From Sphaeroforma arctica JP610 (Eukaryota): a stretch of 20,000 nt of DNA. Below the pieces are notes generated by a model. That model was given only the letters and a program-made list of their open reading frames with translations. It had not been told where the DNA came from and did not search any database. This document shows positions 1 through 9,965 of the stretch, piece by piece. Position numbers and translations under genes: made by a program. The DNA lies in contig NW_014040248.1 of the NCBI RefSeq assembly GCF_001186125.1, positions 62,993 through 82,992 of the forward strand, written 5' to 3'. The first letter of the stretch is position 1. Each line of letters opens with the position of its first letter.

Positions 1-328
1 ATATATATTTGGGTGTGTGCGTGTATATATGTATGTATGTATGTATGTATATGTATATGTATAAACACACACACATACATATATATATATATATGTACAC
101 ATATATTCATATATATATACATACATGCATATAGACATACATACATACAATCATACATACAAACAAACATACATACACAGACACATAAATATACATATCC
201 AAACATACATACATGCATACATACACACACATACATGCGTACATACATACACACATATACACGTACATACATACATACATACATACATACATAAATACAT
301 ACGTATATATATATATATATATATATAA

Positions 329-402
<74 letters not shown>

Positions 403-572
403 GTATATATGTATATACACACTCCCACACACACACATACATACATACATACTAAATACATATATATATATATAAAATAGTATATGTATATGTATATATA
501 TATATATGTGTGTGTGTCTGTATGTTCTTATGTTTGTATGTACGCATACACACACACGTATATATATATATA
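1..572. repeat. Compound microsatellite (TA)n/(CA)n/(TACA)n
   Basis: Directly visible. Confidence 0.95.
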
Positions 573-609
573 TAACCCTAAAAAAACAAGAGTATCATTT
601 CTTACACAC

Positions 610-768
610 CTCTTGCTGGGTCATCAGGTACTGTGCATGGCAATGTTGTGCATATGACCTATCGTTGTTTCTATGCGTGCCAATCAGTGGCTGTCTTTCA
701 TTGTGTACGCCTTCTCCTATGATCAAGCCTGCGGCATCTGCAGGTTCGTTGCTCGTGTACTCCGCCAT
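610..768 (-). CDS. Probable first coding exon of a gene continuing beyond the left edge (MAEYTSNEPA...NERQPLIG...MTQQE)
   Basis: accATGG start context, 53 open codons, GTGTGT donor followed by microsatellite-rich intron-like DNA; contains ERQPLI ([DE]xxxL[LI]). Confidence 0.55.
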
Positions 769-3462
769 GGTATGTGTATAAACTATTGAGAAAGAGGATT
801 AGTATAATCTACCGGTCAGTGGCCGTGCCTATGTATACGGTGCTTCTAAGCTAACAACAAGCCTGGTGCTGTCTTCTATTGGGATCCCACTGGGGTGTAT
901 TTATATTAAGGCTTATGCGTCTATGGAGTTCCGGTTCTGCTTGTTATCCAGGCGACCGACTATTCCCCTATGTTTCCAAACTAAAACCTTACACATGGGA
1001 TGGTGCAAAGTACTTTGGAACGGGGGTGTCCTGGTTGTCTATATGGTAACGTAAATGAAAAATGTATCTAAAAAATAAATAGGACAATCAGCTGATCTCT
1101 GAGAATGACACATTGCCAGAATGCCACAGATTCCGTCATAACTTTGACTCGCGCAAAATGATATCAGATTTAGTCTTCAGAGACACGTGATATTGCCCAG
1201 TCGCCCACGTCTTTCGCAGCATAAACTGCAAATTGCGTGATGAATAATTGAATACCCGTTAGAATATAAATAGAAGAGGCGAGCAGTTCTGTATCTTTCA
1301 ATACGGGTGAGAATGAGTCGCAAAACACGAGGTGATATATTTAAATAAGCGGACGCATCTCAGAACTTGATTGCCTGGGCAGGTTGTAGGTGCTTCCTGG
1401 GGTCAAATGGCCAGCGGCAGAGTAGTTTATACGGTCGGGATTACTGGAGTACAACATCATAATGTAGTCAGTGCTTCGCCCTTTTCAAAATTACATCTAC
1501 GCTGTAACGGATAGCTTTAAATCGAACGACTATGCTGACACCATTCAGGATATATCTGGGTGCTAATAAATGGTTAATAAAATTGTGAAAGACAATGGAC
1601 TTCATCTATGTTTTTGATGCTGTTGTCTTGTTTGAAAATCCTGAAGTATATGGTGTACAACAATATTAAGGAAAGGTTTGTACTTCATATTTAAACGCCC
1701 CCCTCCGTAGTTTGTAAACCGCTATAGCAGTGTCACCATGGCAACGGACTGTCCCGTTGGTATGGCTACGGTAGCTATACTCGCAGTTTCGTAAAGGATG
1801 TAAATATTGTTAAGCGCCTACTTGCCGATAAGTCACTAGAAAATTACATTTGGTATCTGTGTCTAATTTAGAAAGCTATGTATCTACCATACATGATTTA
1901 TAACATGATACGAGAAGTGATTTTGCCTAGTTTATTATAGTTTTTTTGTTTTATTCTATAATTAAGTCCTAGTTTACCTTGTTTTTACACTGTAGGAAAT
2001 ATAAGGTACGTTCCTTTATAGCTTTGCGTCAGTCTGACCATTTTCTGGCATTTTTCTCGAGTATCCATATATCTCTGGTCGTGGCTATCGTAGGTTCAAC
2101 GCCCTTGGAATGTGTACAAAGCATAGGCTCAACAAACGGACTTTGTGCATCATTGCTGAATATGGCCAGAGATTCGGCAGAGGTTGAGGAGTCTGAGAAA
2201 ATCGATATGTACAAGAGTCATGATGTATACTGAGTCAACGGCCAGTCGATTACATAGGTACTGCGTGCATGTGCAGTTGTGTATATGGTATGTATTTGAG
2301 TTTTTGTATTTGTTACGTCGTTGACAAGCACCTGCCAAGAACTTGTACTACCCACCAGGACTTTCTTCGCTACGAACCATGTAACTTTGGAAGGACAAAG
2401 AACATCGGTTGTATAGCTGGTGAGCATCGTGTACAGTCTATCGGCGGGATATCGCCTATTCTCTTCGTACACATGAGATTGTGATATATATTTAAAAGCG
2501 CCGTGGGCCATAGCCTATGAGACCGTTACCATATGAGAATTAACATAGTCTTCTAAAAAAACAAATTATGATCCTATGTTTATTGAAATTTGTCATGGCC
2601 ATTGTCCGTTCTCCCATATATTTTACACTTATCTAGTCAAGGGGATCATGAATTTGTACAAATATTCATAGCCTTCTTCAAAAGACAAAATATTGTGGGG
2701 AAGAAAAAATGCTGTCTCAGGAGTCAGGTCAATAGTAAAAAACCTTTATACCATACATCAAAAACTCTCTCTCTCTCTAAAAGAGAGCATATGCCACCAA
2801 AGACTCAGATTACCCGGAGGCGTTACCAAGACACTCCCGATCTCTAAAGATGTGGGACGGAATTCGTATTTTGGGGTGTCTTGGTACAGATTACCGCCTC
2901 ATAACGAGCAATTTGGATCCTTTATAAAGCATAGGCCACTACGGAAGGTGATATTAATACTAATAAGACTCCTCAGATCAATAATTTTGTCACATCTCCA
3001 AGAGCATAGGTCACCAAGGACCCAGATTACCCCGCAAGAGTTACCAACTCAGATCATGCTGATATCGTGGACTAGTGCGTATTGAATCAATTGCCTGATA
3101 TGTAGCCTCATGAAACAAAGGTACAGCAGAAGGTCATGTCTGTAGGACTGGAATACATCATCACAGGAGTACCTCGAAATATACTCTAGCGAGTCCACCT
3201 TTAGTGCCCATTTTATTTATTAGAACTTAAAATCGACCCATCCCGTGGGGATCACACCGTAGCCTTCTAAATGAAACATATGATCACACGGTATATATCG
3301 GCAACCCAACGGCTCTCATGAGTGTGTAGTGTATACCGTGTGTACACTCCATTGGCTATAACCCTAAACCCTAAAACCCTGCATCCAACCAATTGCATCA
3401 ATACCAGGGGAAACCACTTGTATCTATATCCGCGGGGCTCCGTAGTCCGTATGTATGTGCTA

Positions 3463-3636
3463 CTAAAGTTCATCCTTCACTACTTCAGCCTTGTCGGCCA
3501 CTACAGTTTTGGCATCCACATCAATCCCTTGGTCTCCGAACCACTGCAGCCTGAACCTCTGTTCCTCCACTTTGGCTTCGAGGCTGGCGATTTTGTACTC
3601 GATACGCTCTCGCATTGAGAACTGACTCTTATCCAC
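3463..3636 (-). CDS. KDEL protein terminal exon (VDKSQF...VVKDEL-stop)
   Basis: cctcag acceptor; ends AAG GAT GAA CTT TAG. Confidence 0.85.
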   Translation of the reverse strand: MDKSQFSMRERIEYKIASLEAKVEEQRFRLQWFGDQGIDVDAKTVVADKAEVVKDEL

Positions 3637-4338
3637 CTGAGGGGAGGCAGCACATACCATTTAACGCGTTGGCCGTGCGTGTCATTGTGTAGGTAGCATA
3701 CCATTTAAAGCGTTGGAAATAAGTGTCAAGGTAGGTGTTTCACTATGGGTTTCAATCAGACACGGATTCATATGCAAGTGGATAGGAGCATGGGCATCTA
3801 CGTGACTAAATGCGTAGAAACTCAGGAATATATATATATAGATTCGAAAGCATGCAACTACGGTTCATCAGCAGACATCAAGGTATACGAGACTACACGA
3901 GACATATGAGGAGGATCATTTGTAATACGGGAAACCACATACGTGCGCATAGAAAGATACAAACAATTTGTTCTGTTATGTTAATCTGAGTGTTCTTCCC
4001 CGTCTCTGGTATATGTATTACCTTAGCCTTGGCGGTTTCCTCGGCCTCTCGTTCTAGGCGGGCCTCTTTCTGGCAGCCACACTCATTCGCTGGTGCCTCG
4101 CGCTGTAAGATGATATGAATACGTACATGATTACTTTTCAATGTGAGTAAAAATGATACACACATATACACACACATACACATACACGTACACACACACA
4201 CACACACACATATGTGTGTGTGGATACATACATATACACATACACATACACGTACACACTCACACGCATGTTTATATATATAAATATATATATTATATAT
4301 ATATATTGTATATGCATATGCATATGCATATGTATATG

Positions 4339-4395
<57 letters not shown>

Positions 4396-5769
4396 GTATA
4401 CGTATATATACATTTACAAAAATTGTTTTAGATTCATGCGTAAGATTCATGCACAACTTCACATGAATATACACACACGGATAATGATAAATTTAAATGG
4501 ATCTATGTATGGCGAGATATGTAGGGAGTATCGGGCAAAACCGCTAGTTTTAATATTTGCAAGTCTATAAACAAGACACATTGGCCAAATACACCCACGC
4601 ACACACACACATCATATACGGAAAATATGCTTATAAAAACAAAATATACAAACAATCCCGAGTACATACGAGTTCAAATATATACACACACACACACACA
4701 TAACATATATATATATATATATATATTAACTATATAACTAATATACACATGTACGTACCCTCGCGAGACCATTGTGCTCTCTCCATGCATCGCTAAACTC
4801 TGCTTCCAAATTCTTTAACTTTTCCTGTTGCGCTTGAGCCTTGTCCTCCTGTTCAGCTTCGGCAGCGAAGTCTATGCCCGCGATTTCCTATAGATAGGCG
4901 CATGAGAAATATTAATTGAATATACAGAGACACCGAATATAGATTACTCAGATATAATAAATATGGACTACTTTACTACAATAAATATGGACTTTTTCAA
5001 CATCCAATTGAACTCACAGAGACACCGAATATAAATTACTCAGACATAATAAATATGTACTATTTTACGATAATAAATAAGGACTATTTCAACATCCAAT
5101 TGAACTCCCAGAGACACCCAATATAGACTACTCTGATCTACCATATACACCATATATGGACTGCTTTATAATCCAATGGAATGGACAGACACACTACTAA
5201 AGATATCAGACTGTGTTGTTTGTAGCTCAGGCGAGACAACATCAGTTGCTCCGACGTCACATCCGTGTCCTGCTTGCGCTATGTTTGTCAGTTCGTGCGC
5301 CCACACGCGACTGCGAACACATGCATCTACTGCATGTGCAGGTATGCAACCGCAACACACATACATACACTTACAGCTGCATCTGTGCGATTGGTATGTA
5401 TAGCTCTGTAGATATATACAATGAACCACTCCGTAAGAAATTCATGTGTGCTCATTAGTTTACATACAGACACACACAGACACACAGACACACAGACACA
5501 CACACATATATATTTATATATATATGGATATATATATATAATACAATATAAGGTATACACACGCACCAGCTGCTTCTGGTAGTCTGCGTAAGTGTCCTGC
5601 ATTCGCTGCAACTTCTGGTTGGCGGTCTTGGACGGCGCTGATTCGGCCTCCAAGATTTTGCGACGGAGCTTTAGGGTCTGAGTGTTAACATGAACGCAGG
5701 AAGTATAGGAAGACGAGAGAACGGGGTGTGAGGTGGCGTGGCGAGAGAGTAGGTGGTGTACCTCCAGAA
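3463..5769 (-). CDS. 5'-truncated spliced gene encoding a charged, probably coiled-coil protein ending in KDEL (putative ER-resident protein of unknown family)
   Basis: Phase-0 exons 5567-5677, 5195-5269 (less certain), 4759-4887, 4022-4102 and 3463-3636, plus a probable exon tail at 5762-5769 cut by the N-gap. All are GT-AG bounded. Translation ends ...ADKAEVVKDEL-stop. Confidence 0.8.
4022..4102 (-). CDS. KDEL protein exon (REAPANECGCQK...TAKAK)
   Basis: ttacag acceptor, GTAATA donor, 27 codons. Confidence 0.78.
4158..4412. repeat. Intronic compound (CA)n/(TA)n microsatellite
   Basis: Directly visible. Confidence 0.9.
4759..4887 (-). CDS. KDEL protein exon (EIAGIDF...HNGLAR)
   Basis: ctatag acceptor, GTACGT donor, 43 E/Q/K/A-rich codons. 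Confidence 0.82.
4914..5136. repeat. Intronic minisatellite, ~92-bp unit, ~2.4 copies
   Basis: aattgaa...cagagacacc.aatat recurs three times at about 91-92 bp spacing. Confidence 0.85.
5195..5269 (-). CDS. Probable KDEL protein exon (DTDVTSEQLMLSRLSYKQHSLISLV)
   Basis: aagcag acceptor with upstream CTGAC, GTGTGT donor, phase 0/0. The frame is kept even if it is skipped, so support is weaker. Confidence 0.6.
5567..5677 (-). CDS. KDEL protein exon (TLKLRRKILE...DYQKQL)
   Basis: actcag acceptor preceded by TTAAC, GTGCGT donor, 37 codons. Confidence 0.8.
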
Positions 5770-5789
5770 NNNNNNNNNNNNNNNNNNNN
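5770..5789. other. Assembly gap (20 N); other gaps at 8171-8570, 9981-10908 and 14267-15003
   Basis: Runs of N. Confidence 0.99.
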
Positions 5790-5886
5790 TCATTCATTTG
5801 TTCATCGTCACATTTGTTTATTTCTATCACCTTTGTTTATTTATAGCCCATTTTATTTATTTCACATTTTGTAATAACATAATCAG

Positions 5887-6045
5887 GGCACATACATATG
5901 TGTGGATTACGGGTCGTATTTGGCTGCGAGTGGCCAGAGTGTAGATGTATACAGTATTGTCAAGGAGATGCGAAGCCAGCGACCGGGGATGATCCAGACT
6001 GCCGAACAATACCACTTCTGCTACAAAGCACTCAATCTGACATGA
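5887..6045 (+). CDS. Terminal exon of a classical (tyrosine-specific) protein tyrosine phosphatase domain
   Basis: After an aatcag acceptor the frame reads GTYICVDYGSYLAASGQSVDVYSIVKEMRSQRPGMIQTAEQYHFCYKALNLT-stop. This matches the segment following the HCSAGxGRT P-loop and contains the RxQRxxMIQTxxQYxFxY Q-loop signature. Upstream exons were not found in the window. Confidence 0.88.
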   Translation, partial: GTYICVDYGSYLAASGQSVDVYSIVKEMRSQRPGMIQTAEQYHFCYKALNLT

Positions 6046-6670
6046 ATTTTTGTACGAGGGAACAAAGGCCTGTGACAAGTTGATGATATGCATGAACACA
6101 CACACACGCAAACACGCATAAATAGCACATATATATATATATATATATACGTATACTGTGAACCAGTGTCGACACGGTGTCATATTGATTGGGCTATGGA
6201 GATTGGGGAGCATCCGTTGGCGGTCTCAGTGGAACGGCACCCTCGTGCACGTGTCTGTAGGTTGTTTAAAAACAAAAGTTCAAACATGCGTCATGCTGCA
6301 CAATGTGAACACTCCGCAATTCAATTGACACGGAGATCCACAGTGTTCACAGGCATTACGCGGATCCACTTCTTGTCGTACTGCCCCGCCTCCTGGCCTA
6401 TTGGTGGCGTTCATACTGTCGTGCGAAGATAACGGAGGCCGTGGCCCTGTCCTCTGTCCATTTTTTAGGGCTAGGGGCAGGTGCGTGTCTCGTATTCTCG
6501 ATAGTTTAGGTCAGGTGTTGTCTCAGACGAGCGCGTCACGAGATTCGGACGACAAATAAACGGCAAGAATTTCGCAAATTCGGTTTTAGGGTTTAGGGTT
6601 TTACCCATTGAAACCCCACTTCTGTAGAATCAATCTCTATATTATATACTTAGCCTTCTATGTAAACCAC

Positions 6671-6844
6671 ACACATACAAACACATGCGAACACTTAGTC
6701 TGATCATTTATGCTATTGCATATACATAGCCTTCAAACACATCAAACACATGAGAACACTTAGTCTGATCATTTATGCTATTGCATATACATAGCCTTCA
6801 AACACATACAAACACATGCGAACACTTAGTCTGATCATTTATGC
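6671..6844. repeat. Minisatellite, 66-bp unit, ~2.7 copies
   Basis: gaacacttagtctgatcatttatgc occurs three times at 65-66 bp spacing. Confidence 0.9.
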
Positions 6845-6885
6845 AAACACACACAAGCACCTGTGGTATACCATCAGAGCACTTA

Positions 6886-7454
6886 CACCGATGGCAGTAA
6901 ACGTACTTTAATACATACGAATGTTCTTTTAACACTGATAGTAGTAAACGTATTTTCATACATACGAATGGTCTTCAATACTGATAATAGTAAACGTAAT
7001 TTAATACATACTAATGGTCTTTTAACACTGATGGTAGTAAACGTACTTTACTACATACGAATGGTCTTTTAGCACTGATGGTAGTAAACGTATTTTCGTA
7101 CATACGAATGGTCTTTTAACACTGATGGTAGTAAACGTACTTTACTACTTACGAATGGTCTTTTAACACTTATGGTAGTAAACGTATTTTAATACATACT
7201 GATGGTCTTTTAATACTGATAATAGTAAACGTACTTTAATACATACTAATGGTCTTTTAACACTGATGGTAGTAAACGTACTTTACTACATACGAATGGT
7301 CTTTTAATACTTATGGTAGTAAACGTATTTTAATACATACTGATGGTCTTTTAATACTGATAATAGTAAACGTACTTTAATGCATACTGATGGTCATTTA
7401 TACTCATGGTAGTAAGCGGACTTTAAAACATACGAATGGTCTTTTAACACTGAT
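6886..7454. repeat. Minisatellite, 47-bp unit, ~12 copies (cactgatggtagtaaacgtactttaatacatacgaatggtcttttaa)
   Basis: Unit starts at 6886, 6933, ~6979, 7026, 7073, 7120 and onward; head-to-tail with no spacers. Confidence 0.95.
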
Positions 7455-7896
7455 TGTTTTGAACTTGCATGCTATTTCCATTGCCTCTATTTAACTCAGT
7501 GTACAGCTACACTATCGCTCCTTGTTAAATGTAGGGGGCTATGATATAGGGTTCTAGAGTTTTTGGGTTTGCAATTTGTCATGGACCTACGTACATGCTC
7601 GATCCCAGGATGAGGGGTATATACACACGAGGATAAGGAGACCCAAACGCCTATACATACCCCCCGTACACCCATACATACCCTCCTAAACACTCATACA
7701 TACGCTCTAAACATCACACATGGTTCGGTACTTGTGGAGACCGTCAGAGGACCACTCAACGCTGAGCGATACTAAAACCTTAAAACCCTAAACCCAGGCT
7801 ACTGAACACTGGGCGATAGTTTAGCAGTACGGTGTGGTGTGCACACAAGAAGCAGTACGTAGGGTTTAACGATTCAGCGTTGTAATTATGTAAATA

Positions 7897-8007
7897 TATA
7901 CCATTGCGTGTATAATGAGCGTCGAAGTAATTATATAATATACCATTGCGTGCATAATGAGTGTCTAAGTAATTATATTTTATACCATGGTGTGTTCTAT
8001 GAGTGTG
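7897..8007. repeat. Short minisatellite, ~42-bp unit, ~2.6 copies
   Basis: tataccat(t/g)g...atgag recurs three times. Confidence 0.75.
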
Positions 8008-8570
8008 TATGTAATAATAAACAATTGTGTGTTTAAGCGTAGAGCTCGGACATCAACATCTAAAAATGCGATACGTATGTTCCCAAAGTGCAAGTCATCA
8101 GTAGTATATGTGCGTATCCAAACCTGTGTGTACTATATATATATATATATATATATATAGTAGTATATGTNNNNNNNNNNNNNNNNNNNNNNNNNNNNNN
8201 NNNNNNNNNNNNNNNNNNNNNNNNNNNNNNNNNNNNNNNNNNNNNNNNNNNNNNNNNNNNNNNNNNNNNNNNNNNNNNNNNNNNNNNNNNNNNNNNNNNN
8301 NNNNNNNNNNNNNNNNNNNNNNNNNNNNNNNNNNNNNNNNNNNNNNNNNNNNNNNNNNNNNNNNNNNNNNNNNNNNNNNNNNNNNNNNNNNNNNNNNNNN
8401 NNNNNNNNNNNNNNNNNNNNNNNNNNNNNNNNNNNNNNNNNNNNNNNNNNNNNNNNNNNNNNNNNNNNNNNNNNNNNNNNNNNNNNNNNNNNNNNNNNNN
8501 NNNNNNNNNNNNNNNNNNNNNNNNNNNNNNNNNNNNNNNNNNNNNNNNNNNNNNNNNNNNNNNNNNNNNN

Positions 8571-8659
8571 ATATATATACATATACATATACATATACAT
8601 ATATATATATATATAATATATATACATACAGACATGCATACATGCATATATATATTTAT

Positions 8660-8690
<31 letters not shown>

Positions 8691-8705
8691 CATATATACA
8701 TACAT

Positions 8706-8737
<32 letters not shown>

Positions 8738-8835
8738 GTATATATATAATAAATATATAAAATATATATATATTTATATATAATATTATATTTATATATA
8801 TATAAATATAAAAATGATAAATATGTATATGTACA
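8571..8835. repeat. (TA)n/(CA)n microsatellite flanking an N-gap
   Basis: Directly visible. Confidence 0.9.
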
Positions 8836-8926
8836 CATATCTCTCTCCTAAGTTTTGGTGTTTATTGATGTCTGCCTGCATTGGGCTATGTATACTATAC
8901 CTATCCTTATCTACCAGTTCTTTCAG

Positions 8927-9009
8927 TCAACACGTCATCGGCATATTATCAGACTCTGACTTTTGTTCTAATGAACCAACGGATATCGCTTCGGTGGGTT
9001 GTCTTGTTT
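8927..9009 (-). CDS. Membrane protein terminal exon 8 (ETRQPTEA...NMPMTC-stop)
   Basis: catacag acceptor in phase 1, TGA at 8927-8929. Confidence 0.7.
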
Positions 9010-9573
9010 CTGTATGGTGGTGTGCACAATAGAGACCAACATTGAGCAGGCTAAATATAGAACAAGCTAAATATAAAACAAATTGAATATAAACATAGCT
9101 AAATATAGAACATGCTAAGTATAGAACAAGCTAAATGCAGAGCAAGCTCAATTTAAAATAAGATAGAATTGAACAAGCAAAATATAATACATGCTATATA
9201 TAGAGCAAGCTAAATATAGAACAAGCTAAATATAAAACAAGCTAATGTAAAAAAAGCTATATATAGAATAAGCTAAACTTAGAACAAGCTAAATATAGAA
9301 TAGAAATTAGTATATTGATTATAGAAATGGGCTATGCTACATACAGAAGAACAATTTGGTATGCTAAATGTAGTATTAAGATTGACTGTGTTAAATATAA
9401 AACAACATTTAAGTATGCTATATGTAGAATACCAATTTACCATACCAAATATTGCAGAACAAATTTTATCCACAGCATTTAATAGCATTTAATGGAAGAT
9501 AATATATATATATATATATAAATATATATATATTACCATGCTTAGATATAATCATGACAACATAAATTGAGTA

Positions 9574-9604
<31 letters not shown>

Positions 9605-9625
9605 ATGAATAAATAAATAGAATAA

Positions 9626-9660
<35 letters not shown>

Positions 9661-9925
9661 TATATATATATATACATATATATACACATATATATGTATA
9701 TATGATAGCATACCAAGTGCGGGCATCTCCTTCTTGCCCTCTGACTCAATCACCATTGGGTCTACACTTGATTCGTTGGGGAGATGCGAAGGAACCTCAA
9801 TAACACTTTTGGTAGTCCCGTCATCTGACGGACCGTCTACGAACTTCTCCTCAGCCGAGCGCCTGTTTGAAGATCAGTTAAGTGGATAGAAACGGTCTGA
9901 ATATAGAGAAGAATGCACTTATATA

Positions 9926-9965
<40 letters not shown>

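Noticed and set aside
13..555. Multiple Y/I/H/T/C/V-rich ORFs (also 3893-4570, 8060-8838, 9466-9756)
   Set aside because: Translations of (TA)n/(CA)n microsatellites, open on both strands. Only the embedded exon segments listed as features are credible.
506..781. Plus-strand Cys-rich ORF with apparent AG and GTATGT boundaries
   Set aside because: No recognisable product or compatible partner exons; the antisense reading gives a better start context, donor and protein-like composition
2362..2410. Minus-strand MFFVLPKLH resembling the LPKIHK motif of Penelope-like reverse transcriptases
   Set aside because: Followed almost at once by a stop codon, with no other RT motifs; likely chance
6150..6460. 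GC-richer stretch tested as the 5' exons or signal peptide of the KDEL gene
   Set aside because: Minus-strand frames stop within about 45 codons, with no hydrophobic signal peptide or suitable phase-0 donor chain. It could be part of another gene but is unsupported.
6886..7454. CRISPR-like regularly spaced repeats
   Set aside because: Units are head-to-tail with no unique spacers, no cas genes are present, and the context is eukaryotic
8927..8941. C-terminal Cys (PMTC) as a prenylation signal
   Set aside because: Does not fit CaaX, CC or CxC patterns
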